Made by a program: the position numbers and the translations under genes. The notes under the pieces are model-generated. The model was not told the origin of the DNA, searched no databases, and saw only the letters and a list, made by a program, of their open reading frames with translations. From positions 10,046,001-10,110,000 of the forward strand of contig CM119372.1 in assembly GCA_051294905.1 (NCBI GenBank): a stretch of 64,000 bases of DNA, given 5' to 3'. This document shows positions 41,714-55,074 of the stretch, piece after piece. Within the stretch, counting starts at the first letter, position 1, and every line of letters begins with the position of its first letter. Source of the stretch: Botryllus schlosseri. Its lineage: Eukaryota.

Positions 41714-44700
41714 CCTCAACATTCATTAGCATACGCCATACGTCCACTAATTATACATTCTGAAGTGTAATAGTGTTATTTACAGCGTTGCATGCCATTC
41801 TGATTTATGGGTTCTATACTTCTATTTATGTCTACTGTGCGAGCGGCCCTATATTCCAACAAATCAAATCATACGCACTCGTAGACCATGATGAGTGTGC
41901 TTCCGAAAAGTAATAACGTATTCCTAAAATTAGCTCAAGAAACTTTGACTGTCTGTGAGTGCCGAGAGTCACGTCTCTGCTAGCGTATGGAATCTTTGTA
42001 TAAATTGTGTTGTTAATGTCGATGTCCTGTGTTTAGTCAGTGCATCACTTTAACGTAAATAACCGCGTGACGAATTTACAGCATTTGCTGTCAATTTAGA
42101 ACTCATGCAGCTCAAAAATCGCAATGGTATAATACCCCAATATGAGCTGGATTTGGTCACAGTATACGCATTGCGCATAGCGCTCGGCGTATGATATTTG
42201 TGCACGTCAAGCTAAATCCATGTTTATCAATGGGAACTGCGGGCAGTTGACCTTATACTGCTGCTTCAAGTCACGACATCAACACCAAACTGCAATAAAA
42301 TCAAAAAGTACTGATGGAGCGGAGAGTTTCGAGAAATAAATGCACCGAAAGAGTTTTTCAGAGTGGTGATAACGTGAGGGTTACGCCGTTATACACTAGT
42401 CAAAGTGCACAATCAATATATAATGCAAGCATCTGTGGTCGGGGTCGCACTGTCATATAAGTCTTTTCCTAAATAAGACGCAGCGTTGGTTTAAGTAAAT
42501 CTATTACGGTAAAATTACTTTCTTAACATCTCCCACTGTCTTTGGTGTGGTGGGTTGGTAATTAATGCGATGGTGACATCTTTTTGCCGTGGCCCAAAAT
42601 AATGGAAACTAGAATGGTCTGGTCATTTAATAATAATGAGCCAACTTCCACTTGTTCACTACATCTCTTACTGTCCGCACGATGCACATTGCACACACAG
42701 GATTAACATTACGGATAAAAAAAGCAAGCATATAAACATGCAAAATTGTATCGCCGTGACTAGCGTGCTAGGAGCGACTGTTTGACGATCTATAACTGTA
42801 TTCACTCGTCGAATCATTGTATGTATATTCACCAATTCCATGGCTTATTGGCTTTGCTGGAATAAGGCCCTGATGATCTGCAATAATATATATATATATG
42901 TATAGGAATGATGCGATGAAGCATTGTACTAAAAACAAAGTTATTGAATTGAGGGTAACATTTTGGTATTAGCGCAAGCATTAAAAAAGTTTGCATCTGA
43001 CTCGCAATCCAAATTGCGTTTGAAATGCCTGATGTCGTGGTTGTTTGGTAGAATACTATTTCGCGGAAGCATGATGGATAATAAACTCATCCGATTATTT
43101 GACATATATATAGATGTGTGAGGTGAACGTTTCAGAACCTACTGAGCAACTATGGGTATGCGAAATCACATTTTCCGTCCAGTCTAAGAGACCGGTAGGC
43201 TACAATAAAGGCATTTGCCGATAAGAAACTGGGAGTCGTGCTGTAGTCTGTATGTAGGCTACAGTGTCCGGTATTGCACAGCCAACAACAAAACAACCAA
43301 CGTCATGTGACTATAATGATTGTACAATCTCGATAATGTGACTACTCCAGACGGTAAATATTCGTTTTTGTGATTAGTAACGCACGGTCGTCGCTAGTAC
43401 AGCTCCGGGCAATCTGTAGATGTTTTGCGCTGACTGTTCTTAGGTATGTCTTGTCGTCAAGTACAGTATTGATATTACTACTAGTTTACTCTACGGGAAC
43501 ATCGCAGCGCTATCATTCGGATTTTCTACAAAATTACTGAACTAAACTTCTCATGCGTTTCATCCCAGAATGACTGCAAACTATGTTCTGTACCTGACCC
43601 TGCCTAATTTTTCTGCTACAAACATAGGGAAATTAAAAATAGATGAGCTCTCCTTCCCGTACGCCGGTATCGTTTGCATCTCGCACATATGTTGTGGCAG
43701 AACACTCAACTTTACTGAAATTTTCGATTATGTGTTGTTTTTTTCGAATCAGTGCTACGCCCCGATGATCCATTGATTTCCGAAAACCGTGAAGAAGTCC
43801 GCTCTTTCTGCTTACTATTAACAGTATGACGACGATTGGGTGAAATCGTAACCGATTTGGTTAACGTGTTATGATCTGAAAATGGCGTAGGCCTTCCTAT
43901 GACTCAAGCTTATAGGCTAGTAACTGACATCCAGATAATTTACAGCATTGCCGTATCGGTCAGGGATACCTAGAGCTAGTTTTAGATTTCCCTATGTCGG
44001 CGGAGGGCATTGTCTATATTTCACGCCTTATCGGAGCGGAAAGATGCGATTCTCGACTGGTATCTTGCACTACGTCACCAGTGGATGTAACATTATACTA
44101 GAAGCAGAGTGAATAAAATAACCTCTTGCAAGAATGATTGTCACGCAATCTGCATGTCTAATGCTTCGCCAACTAATACTAAATATGTAGGCTAAATAGC
44201 AGTGGCAGTCTATCCTCGGGGCTAGCAACGCATTTTTTGATAGAAATCATGATTGGCATTATGTAAAGGAAAGCCTATAATATGTAATGCTTATTTATGT
44301 AGTCCTGCTGTCCGGAAATATTTAAAAGTATCTTAATTCAATTTTGTCACAGCGACATTTCGAAGTAGCCTACCTTTCGCATTTATGGTGTCGTTTCGTG
44401 TTATTCATAGGTCGCTTCATTGAATGGAGACCAGGGAACTGATACGGTACGGTACGATAAGATTTATCATAATTCGTACCAGAAAATCTTTTCGTACCTG
44501 AAATGGGAGATTGGGGGCGCCGGCTATAAAATTGGCGAGTAGGGGCACTGACACCAAATGCGGGCGGTGTAGGTTTAAAACGCAACTGGTGCGTAGCGTT
44601 GAAACGATTGATGAATAACGCAGCCTAATAGGCTGTAAAATGCAAAAGTCATTCAGTCAAGGTCATTTAGGGTCGTCTGTACATTCAATCAGCCGCACTG

Positions 44701-44789
44701 GAAAAGTCCACTGTTACTTGACAATGTTGATCCTGCCCACCAATGGACTGATTCAGCAGTCGGCACAATACCACAAATCCCTAAATCTA

Positions 44790-45625
44790 GAACCTTGTGT
44801 GTTTCATTGTACGACGTGAGAACTATACGAACTATTTGAGCAGCTATTGCTGCACGGCGAGGTACGATGGCTTTTTAAAGGAAACTGCTATGTGTGATCT
44901 AAAATTCTGTTTCAAACGATCGTGGATTTTTCACAGTGGTCCGACCTTTGCCTCGGACATGATGTTCCGGTTGCGAGAAAAGATATTGCTTCTATTTGAC
45001 GGACATTTTCTTCAAAATTTATGAATCGAATATATCCGTTCTTGGTAATGATGGTATCTGATCAAGGTGAAAAAATGCACAAGGATTTGGTAATTGGATT
45101 TCAGGATATATTCCAATTAAAAATTCCTTACAGGATAATCAATCCATTCTGTAAAGTTTCCGAGCATGAACAGATTGAGGAGATGATTGTATTGTGGAAC
45201 AAGTTCAACCAAATTTCAATATCTCACATCAACAGTTGTGGATACACAATTAAATCAAATAGCAATACTCTCAATCCATAGTCGGGACGTATTTTCCTTC
45301 GTTGCCCCCTAATGGCCCACACGCTCATATATGTTAAAACGTGATTTCAGTGCTGTGCCAAAGATCCTGACTCACAGCAGAAACTGACTTGTTATTGCGG
45401 TACGTGGAGATTTTAGAATGAGATTGTTCTTATCAAAACTCACACCATTTATGAAACGAGGACGATGACAATACACCAGCTTCATCCGCCTCATTATTAG
45501 CTGTAATCTATGCAGAGCAACTTTCGTTTCATTATTCAGCCGTGGTGACGGAATGAGGGGGTCGGGAGAAGCAAATACTTTATTCGTTGTTCAGGGGCTG
45601 TAGCTCAAAAAGGTTTGGAAACACT
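44790..45625 (+). pseudogene. Decayed hAT Buster-type transposase 3' region
   Basis: FQDIFQLKIPYRIINPF...EEMIVL and SYMLKRDFSAVPKILTHSRN*LVIAVRGDFRMRL resemble the Buster/ZBED C-terminus; degenerate TIR AAAAAGGTTTGGAAACAC near 45607-45624. Confidence 0.65.
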
Positions 45626-45793
45626 TATAAAACTTGATTCCACGAGTACCGATGGTGAAATATGGAAACGAAAGTTGATAAAGTTGATGAATTTAGTATT
45701 TGGTGATGAATGTGTGACTTAGCAACTCCGGGCACTGTTCACGGGCTGCAAATAATGATCGACTCGCGGGCAAGAGATTGAATCACCTCGTGC

Positions 45794-46388
45794 CAGGGTT
45801 GTAACCAAGTCACAAGGCTCCGAGTCACAAGTCAATCTCAGTTTTATAGTTTTGACTCGAGTCAAGTCGAGTCATATTCAATTCACCACCGAGTCAAGTC
45901 CGAGTCCAAGTCACTGAGCAGAGGGTCGAGTCGGAGTCGTGGTATTATGACTCGAGTCGAGTCCAAGTCATTGTGTTGACTGCGAGTTTCGAGTTGAAGG
46001 CTTGTTAAATCCACTTTTTATAACTCTGTTTGGTGATATCGAATGGTTCGAATTTATAATATACTAATTTTCGTCATTTTAAGCAGTTTCGGGACGCATT
46101 TTTTAGTACCAGTACCAAGAGACGAAATCCCAATAGTGTGATTACTTTACTATTCCTCGAAATTACAATGAAACGTCGGTCTTGGCCTTCTGAGTCTCGA
46201 GTCATAAGACTTGGTTCGAGTCATGCGCAATGACTCGAGTACAAGTCGAGTCAATACACAAATTGACTCGAGTCGAGTCGAGTCATTTCTGGATTTTGAG
46301 AAAATGACTCGAGTCAAGTCGAGTCATCTGAAAAACGTGACTCGAGTCGGACTCGAGTCGAGTCATGACTCGAGTCATTACAACCCTG
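45794..46388 (+). mobile_element. GACTCGAGTC-family MITE, intact
   Basis: TIRs CAGGGTTGTAA...TTACAACCCTG; perfect 8-bp TSD CCTCGTGC at 45786-45793 and 46389-46396. Confidence 0.92.
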
Positions 46389-47717
46389 CCTCGTGCTAAT
46401 GCATGACATGACATTCTTCGTGCGGTCGTAGCTCGTAAGACGTAACTGCATGCGCTTACGCACTCTACCGACAGCATCTCTTAATATGAGCTGTTCACTA
46501 TCGGCGCTGTTCCATAATCAAAATATGCGCAAGGGAGTTATTTCTGCTGTTCAGTGTGCAGTGCTCCAGTGCATAGTGTGTAGTGCATAAAAATAATGAC
46601 ATCATGAACACTGTGGAAATATTTGATTTTTGTGTCATAGTAATAGAAGTGTAATATTTCCGACCGATGTTAAAGGTATCTCTCGCAATAGTATGTAGGT
46701 GCAGAAACTACAAAATTATCGCCACATAAATGCATTCACAGTGTGCCCACCGCCGGCTACGATTCGTCAGATTATATTTTCATCTGCTCAAGACACACAC
46801 ATAATGTACAATGCGATACCCGAATACACAATGCGATGCAATGACCATATAGGGGATTTCGAACGATCAACCAGTCTCTGAAACTGGCATCAACCTCGAC
46901 CTAGCGCCCCATGTTGAATCAATCAATCAGTTTTTTTTTGTTTTCATCATTTCAAAACACCACAAACCTGCGATACAATGAAAAGATAGTCTTTGGAGCC
47001 AGACACCCACCTTGGCCTAGGCCAGTGGTTCTTAACCTTGCCTCCAGTTGGCTTGTTTGGAATATATTCATGTCAAAATTGCTTAGTCACACAAAGCACT
47101 AAAACAAAATCCAATACCATTAATCATCCCGTGTTGCCAACCGCGGGTGTGAATTCGGGATGGTTCGAACCAAAGTCACTCAAATTCACAAACGAACCTT
47201 GGTAGGCTCTGCACTGTGGACCTTTTTCATATATTAGGCTACAATTTTCACGTTATTATAACATCTTTGGTTGAAATTTATCGCATTTCAACTGCAGGCC
47301 ACACTATGCATGGCGCTGGCAGCAGACAAATCAACACTAAACGAGCATGCACCTTGAAAAACTCAAAAATTTTACCTGCTTTGTTACAAATGTTTACTCG
47401 AAATATCCAGCTTTCTGTTTTTGAATATTTAGTGACTCTCTGCTGTGAGCTTGACCCTCAATCGCACAACACCAAGAGCGAAATACGCTACATGTGCGTA
47501 GTCAGCGAATGATGCCTATTCAACCCATCAATGAAATTGATATCGTTGTCTGATGTAAACAATCGTACGGGGTCCATCTCGATTTCATATGTTTATTGTA
47601 TCACAAAAACCAAATCCGTGCGATTGGGGTGTTGGCTATACTGCTGTATAAGTGCATGACGCCGAATACATTGTTCGGTCTGGCCTAGACCGTTAAGGCG
47701 TAAGTAGTTATATAGAT

Positions 47718-47935
47718 CGGTCGCACGCGGCTATGGGGTTCTTATGGCGGGGGTGGCATATCGCCTGGAAAACCCGGGGTGGCATATCGCGCTTTTAGAC
47801 CCCCCTCTCGGTCGCACATCGCCATTGGTTCTTATGGGCGGGGTCGCATGTCGCACTTTTAGATATAGGCATCTCTCGCACATCGCATGGAAAACTCGTG
47901 GTGGCATGTCGCACTTTCAGGTATCTCTCGCGTGG
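47718..47935. repeat. GC-rich subterminal repeats (GCAYRTCGC, GGTCGCAC, GGTTCTTATGG)
   Basis: Repeated gtggcatatcgc / gtcgcatgtcgc / tcgcacatcgc motifs; mirrored at ~61308-61525. Confidence 0.75.
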
Positions 47936-48368
47936 TGTTGAATATGTACGAGTCACCAACAATAACCGCGCGGACGGAAACGTGACTTGTTGTGAGGATT
48001 AAGCAGTGCGACCTATATTTCGAATGACCTGCGCGCTGAATTGTTTCCGTGCAGTCGCTACTATCGATTATTACACTAGACCGGTCAGTGTGAAATAGTT
48101 TGATCGTAAATTATGATATATGATGTCGTAGTTTAGTCGTGTCAAATGACCGCTTTCCTCGCTATTGATTGCCACCTGAATAATACTTTCGGCTTATTCG
48201 CTGTTTCGCGCCTACAGAATAATCTGCTGTTCACAGTCACAACTTCATCGCGATAGCGCAATTTTCACACCTCGATCAGTAGAACAACACCGCACTAACC
48301 CAGTTGTCGAATCACATAGGTCATACATATTACGTGAAATATTGTATTGTGGTATACAAATATGCAAA

Positions 48369-48980
48369 CTATTCTTTCAATTCAACAAGTCTAGTTAACG
48401 AATCGATTTTCAAGCTGCCGACACAGTTTTTAACACGAGTGAGTTGATATTTCTTCCCGGGTACGAGCGAGGCTTTGTTCCATTGATCCAAAACCACCTC
48501 GCCAGTATCATCCTTCAATGTAAAACTGTATAATTTCAACTCCTTTCCGGCACCAGAATTGACCGTCTTCTCCTCTCGAGAAACACAAGTAGCAGCGATC
48601 GAGACGTATTCATCTTTATTTCCGTATACCGATTCACAGGTCAATAATGGGTATTCTTCGGTCGTATGTCTCGATTTTCCATGCAGAGTTACTGACGAAG
48701 CCCGACCAAGTAATACAGCGGGTTTTCCAGTAAATTTATCAATTTGAACCCAACCGGATTTGACCATGAGTTTTTTTCGTTTGGCGAATGCTTTCTCAAT
48801 GTTCCCGAACAAATCACGATTGAAACACGTGAAAGATATCTCTTCGTTATTGCCGTCGATGAATATACCTTTGAGATATTGGCTAACGCCACCTCTTTTG
48901 GGTGATGAGACGAATTTGACGCCGACGTGAAAATTTGAAGTTGCTCCGACTTGCATAGTGTTGACGCTGTTCGATGTCAT
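48369..48980 (-). CDS. 203-aa tandem OB-fold, RPA/SSB-like ssDNA-binding protein (left-arm copy)
   Basis: Intronless ATG-to-TAG ORF; OB1 IFIDGNNEEISFTCFN and OB2 VSIAATCVS...YSFTLKDDTGEVVLDQWN resemble RPA-type OB strand motifs (DxxGxIxxTxF/W). Confidence 0.75.
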   Translation of the reverse strand: MTSNSVNTMQVGATSNFHVGVKFVSSPKRGGVSQYLKGIFIDGNNEEISFTCFNRDLFGNIEKAFAKRKKLMVKSGWVQIDKFTGKPAVLLGRASSVTLHGKSRHTTEEYPLLTCESVYGNKDEYVSIAATCVSREEKTVNSGAGKELKLYSFTLKDDTGEVVLDQWNKASLVPGKKYQLTRVKNCVGSLKIDSLTRLVELKE

Positions 48981-50889
48981 ATCGTTTGATAAAGTGTCAA
49001 CTTGAAATGTAACTCACTACACAAATCGAGTTGAATCGTATTTGAATGTATTGATTCGACCCAACTCAAATCCTATTAACGCGATCTGTTGAATCGAACG
49101 TAACCTGAATATTACTGACGCCAACATTCACCCGCATCGGGTCATTCACACATTCCACGCCGCTGTTTTAACACTTATAGAATCAATACCAACTATCTCT
49201 AACCCGATAATATTCAATCATTTTGGTAATTTGCCAACTTTAAATCCATTCGCGGGATGTACTAAAGGTAAATCCAAATAATCCAGAATGAAATATTTGG
49301 ACTTTGACATTGCGTGAATTGAAATAGGTTTGACAAACATGACTACCAACTTTGATCCAGCCACATTTCAAACTCAAAAGAATTATTCACAACATTAACA
49401 ATTGTTAAAACTCTAGTTTCACTTACTTGATTATATCATTACAACTCACAAATTTGAATTAATTCATCCTGGTTGTATTCATATGCTCTATCTTTTTATT
49501 CAATTGTAAAGGTTGTTACTATTCTGAAGACAAAGTATTTACTAATCGGCGCATATACGATTTGACTTGGACATATTATATTTTGAGTATACGAGATTTG
49601 AATGTCTGAACAATAACTGAGAATTATTTTTAACACAAATAAATCCGTATATTACAGCGTAAAAGATATTGGGGTGTCAGCAACTCTGTACGGTCGTAGT
49701 TACAACCACATTAACTAATCTGCCCAGGCAACTCGTCATGATCATTCCTGAAATCAACACAAACACGACCACTGACTTGAGTTAACCGCGAAACACCATC
49801 AAGTTTTAAATCCGCTTGCAGCTGACGGATTATTCGAATGCATCGATGGGGAATATTATTGAACTCGTCGGTATTGTTACTTCAACAAATTACACCGACT
49901 GCGAAAGTTAATATCGAATGGTAAGACTTGATCACATATTTGTTGATCACAGACATGACGAAAAAAAAAAACATTACCGAGATTTTATAAACTAGTCATA
50001 TTACTCTACACATCTATCAATATCAAAATGCGAGTCATCCAATTTTTCTACTAAAGTAACATTGCACTTTCGGATTCGGTATAGTCATACAAATTGTATT
50101 AAATCCAACATCAAAACAAAAGGAATTTTTTAGTTCATTGAAATCAAATCATTCGTCTTCGACTTGTGCTTTTCTAGATTACCCGCGACAATTCGTTTCG
50201 AGTGAGTTGTAACCAAAGTCAAGATATCTTTGTGTCCACAGATATGGAAGATGAATATAGCTAACACAATCACGAATCGACGTTTCAGAGTATTTCACGG
50301 GTGTATTAAACTTGTTAGTGTCACCTATCTAAAAGTACGCACGCGTTCGATTTCCATACCGACTGTTGCGATGTTTAGGATTCACTTACAATAACCACGG
50401 GTGAGGATTTAACATCAATGTCGTTACTGTCGGAATTTGCGACAGAGAATTGAAACATATACACTTTACAGAGTGTGAAAATATCACTTTGAGTATCGAG
50501 TACCGTTCGAAGCTAGCGATCAATTCTTTATCATTTCAGTAACTCCCCATTGTGCGTGCTAAATGTAAAATATCGCGAGGTTATACACTCTAAGACTTTG
50601 ATTATTGTAAAAGTAAATTGTGATATGTTTGTTAGATGCATCCAATTCAACTAGAAGTTTCTAGTATCCAACACTCGTAATATCAAAAAAGTACTTGCTA
50701 CACTGTTATTTGCTAAACGTGTTTTGCATTGTTGTTCATTTCTAGTATTTATTGAAATTGTTTTTGAACCCTCAAATAATAATTCCCGACATGAAACTAA
50801 GCCGCCGAAAGTCGTTACCATCACAAAGAAACAATTTGCACGATGTTTACTAAATGTATCCTATAGTTAGGTGTACTGGAATTATTTGT

Positions 50890-50892
<3 letters not shown>

Positions 50893-50932
<40 letters not shown>
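50893..50932. repeat. (AC)20 microsatellite, mirrored as (GT)20 at 58311-58350
   Basis: Direct count in both arms. Confidence 0.95.
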
Positions 50933-50934
<2 letters not shown>

Positions 50935-52409
50935 CCAGAGAAATTGGAAATTTTTCCGTTGTCATTCGCTAAAGTAAATGTCATCACAATACTCTGTCAC
51001 TAAAAGACGTTACTTGGACGTGCTTGCATTCTAGACATAGTTCTGATTTACCCAACACAAGACCCAAGGACAACCCTAGTTTCAGCCGAACACAGATATC
51101 CAAAATATCACACACTTCGCTATTCCTAAAGCACAAACACACGATACAAAATAATACTTGTTGTGTTGTTGCGGCATCATCTTCACAATATCACCATTTT
51201 GTTTGTGTCAATTAGTTACTTTGTATGTTATCCCACAACTCTTACAAAAGTACGAAGGATATTAACATCGCACTAAGTAATTAACTTTACTCGATATTCT
51301 CACATTACGAAACTAAAGAATGGTTGGTTAGACTCTACAAACTGTTTCGATATCACAAGACCTTTATTGTCTGAATGGGTGTTCATGTATCTTAATAATC
51401 AAATAGTTCAACACAGAACTAGTACTAACAGAAACATCAGAGTTGTTTACACAAAAGTTTGTATGTGTACAGTATGCAAATACCATGTGTAAGTCCAGCA
51501 CAATTGCAGTATCCATTCGAGTTTAGTCAACATAAATTTATTACAACGGAGCCAAGTAAACTTTCGTGAAAGAAAAGCATACTCACTTCCAGAGGGTTAT
51601 GACAACACCATAGCAGTTCCCCAACAACAAAGTACATATGTTTCTAGCCACAGTCCTTACATCTTTCACATAGATCAAACTACTTTGCTAACGAAAAGTG
51701 CTGAGTCATCACATGATCGCTCTCACAACAAAACAGCTAGTAGATATTATCATTCAAAATATTCCTAACCCTTTACACACCAGTGACAAATCATACAACG
51801 AATATGCTTTGCGGGTCGAATTGTTGTTCAGTGTCAAGTCTACCTGTTGAAACGTACATTAAACAGCGCAATCCAATTAAAACCACGAATCTATTTTCAT
51901 TTCGTCACATACAGAAAAATAAATTTTCTTTCTCCAACACATACTTGTAACCAATCGCTTTCATTAAACACACAACACCATAAAAGTATTTACTTTCTAC
52001 AACATAGACATTCCGATGTAGTCAAGAAATATTTTTATTAATCAAAATCATCGATTTCTGTTCACGGCGTTAGTGTGTGCATGTCATACCTGTGGGCCCC
52101 GTATTAAAATGGACACGACACGCTTGACTGTAAGGAGATAGAAGTCTATCACATCGATTTACATGTGGTCTTCGCTACGGTTTCAAAAAACGAATCATCT
52201 CTTTTGCATTGATCTAGACCGAGCAAGTTAGTTAATGGCCATGATTGTGTTTGTCATATGCGAATGATAGGGTTACTGTCAAATCTACATACAACAATCT
52301 TCTGACGATCATAATAGCAATTTCATTTTCCGCCCCTTCATAATTGTACAACTCGGTAACTACGTTTAACAAGACCAATCACACTACCGGCGTTGAACAC
52401 AAGATACCT

Positions 52410-53440
52410 ACCCAAGTAAAAATATCATTCTGGTTTGGACAACTGACGTTTACCTGTGTAAAATTATCATTTTCACTTGGAGGTCCACCGTTACCTAACT
52501 AAAATACCATTGTCCTTTGGAGATTTATCGTTTACCCAGTGTAACAATCCCCTTTTCACTTGGAAATCTATTTTTGGCCTGAATAACAAACCCCTTTTCA
52601 TTTGGAAATATATTTTTTCTCTTGGTAACAAACCTTTTTTACTTGGAAATATATTTTTTCTCTTGGTAATAAACCTTTTTCACTTGGAAATATATTTTTT
52701 CTCTGAGTAACAAACCTTTTTCACTTGGAAATATATTTTTTCTCTTGGTAATAAACCTTTTTCACTTGGAAATATATTTTTTGTCTGAGTAACAAACCTT
52801 TTTCACTTGGGAATATATTTTTTCTCTGGTTAACAAACCTTTTTCACTTGGAAATATATTTTTTCTCTGGGTAACAAACCTTTTTCACTTGGAAATATAT
52901 TTTTTCCCCGGGTAACAAACCTTTTTCCCTGAGCAACAAACCTTTTTCACTTGTAAATATATTTTTTCCTGAGTAACAAACCTTTTTCACTTGGAAATAT
53001 ATTTTTTTCCCTGGGTAACAAACCTTTTTCGCTTGGAAATATATTTTTCCCTGGGTTACAAACCTTTTTCACTTGGAAATATATTTTTTCTCTGGGTAAC
53101 AAACCTTTTTCACTTGGAAATATATTTTTTCCCCGGGTAACAAACCTTTTTCCCTGAGCAACAAACCTTTTTCACTTGTAAATATATTTTTTCCTGGGTA
53201 ACAAACCTTTTTCACTTGGAAATATATTTTTTTCCCTGGGTAACAAACCTTTTTCGCTTGGAAATATATTTTTCCCTGGGTTACAAACCTTTTTCACTTG
53301 GTGATCCGTCGTTTACCTGAGTAAAAATATCATTTTCCTTTGGGGATCTGGCGTTTACCCAGTGTAACAATACATTTTCTCTTGGTCATCTAGCTTTTCC
53401 TAGAGTAACAAAACCATTTTCATTTCGAAATCTGACAACC
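52410..53440. repeat. ~41-bp minisatellite (GTAACAAACCTTTTTCACTTGGAAATATATTTTTTCTCTGG) with degenerate flanking units
   Basis: Unit starts at 52871 and 52912; a 225-bp higher-order block recurs (CCCCGGG at 52906 and 53131). Confidence 0.92.
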
Positions 53441-54168
53441 ACACCGATAATTTGATATTTTTGTATTTTCTTACAGCGAACAGCGACAAAATATACACCA
53501 ACAACGACTCCGATACATTTGTCTAATCAAATATTCACTTGTGTTGGTGCATCCCATCAAAATCGTCGGTTACCCACATGCAATGCGCTCCTGTACACAG
53601 AAATGCATGTTTTGGAAAATTGGACAATAGGCTTCGATAGTTCTGTGATGTCCGGGTTCGTGCTTTGGATTTTCCAGAGTCAAAATGTCTGAATAAAACA
53701 CCTCCTTGACGATGGTTGGTATGTGGATAACGGTGTTCGGAAAACGGTTGGATTTATGTCACCCATCGCGATAACAATTCCAGGTCGAGTTTTCCCCCGC
53801 GTGTTTACTATATTGTGTCTTTATTGGTCATGTATGTCTCGACATTCAGTTTGAAATCGGAAACCCTGATAAAGTATGTAACCGGATCCGGATATCAACT
53901 CTGAATCGATAAACCAATGAACAATATTCAAAGTAAACATGTTACACCCTGTGTTTCCACGAAAAAATACCATCCAGACATACGTCGCGCTTGTTTGCCC
54001 ACATCAGTATACGCGTAAATGGAGGTGTGTGACATTGCATGCAATGTGTTGGTATACAAACATCGATCCACAGACATTATCATAGCCGGTAGTTTTGATA
54101 TAGATCGAATGTCATCACACCCGATAACAATGTCATACCAATAAGCCACATTGCAATGACTCTGAGTC

Positions 54169-55074
54169 CGCGCTATTACATCGATATTTCGACACCGTTC
54201 ACTGATTTACTCGATGGTGTTATCGTGTTGTAACATTACAAGATAGTCATGGCCCTATCTCCGGACAGACCACCCAGACCAATTGGATACATCGATCAAT
54301 GTGTTGTCCACACCGAAGTTTTCTGCTGCAGCGTTTGACCATGGTGAACTATCGAAGTGGTGCTCGAAATGATTGCGATCAGTCTTTCAGTCACGATGCA
54401 TGGATGTCGCTACTCCCACATAACGACTCCAGACAAATATCGTGAACAGTGATTATGCAAATCTCGGACTGATACTGTGATCCAATAAGGTGTGTTTCTG
54501 AGGAATGAAGACTGCAATCGTACACCACAATAGAACACTACCTCGCGATTTCACACGCAATCATAAAACACATCATCGTAAGGATTCAGTTCGTCCGGTG
54601 ACATTTCGAAACGGTCATCGCCACAAGAGATCGGTATCATTTTGAAAAGACATCGTCACAAGGCTATTGACGTCGATTCTGTTGGTCATGTCAATCCGTT
54701 TCACAATCCGCCGTTTTTCAACTTCCCGCACCATAGTGTTACGACACAGACAAGAAGCGTCGGTGGAAATAATAAAACACGGAAAGCACACTTTGGTGTT
54801 ATTTGACATGGATTTTACACCCGACGAACCTTACATTCGAGCGATGCATTGGAATGACGCTTGTATTATTGACGTAGAAGGAACAGAAATGTATCGATTT
54901 ATTGGTTTCGTACATATCCAACAAAAACCAGGGTATGTGATTGTGCGTGGTTCGCATATTCGACTGTGAACGCTCTATTGGTATATGCTGTATAGTTCAC
55001 TTTCACTGTCGTGCGAATAACCAATGTTACGGTTCGGTTCGATGTTTGTGTGTCTATATGTCACGCTTCAGATT
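54169..55074. other. 906-bp unique central spacer of the palindrome with short, possibly decayed ORFs (e.g. 54667-54969, +)
   Basis: Symmetry breaks at 54169/55074; no family recognised. Confidence 0.8.

Larger units (their letters stand above)
47703..54168. repeat. Left arm of the giant inverted repeat (6,466 bp)
   Basis: Reverse complement of 55075-61540; all mirrored ORF pairs have identical translations. Confidence 0.97.

Noticed and set aside
47744..47941. 65-aa ORF and its mirror 61302-61499; also 51024, 51847, 52477 and their mirrors
   Set aside because: Short, lying in repeats or lacking recognisable motifs; duplicated only because of the palindrome.
52410..53440. CRISPR array
   Set aside because: Head-to-tail units with no unique spacers, no cas genes, eukaryotic context.
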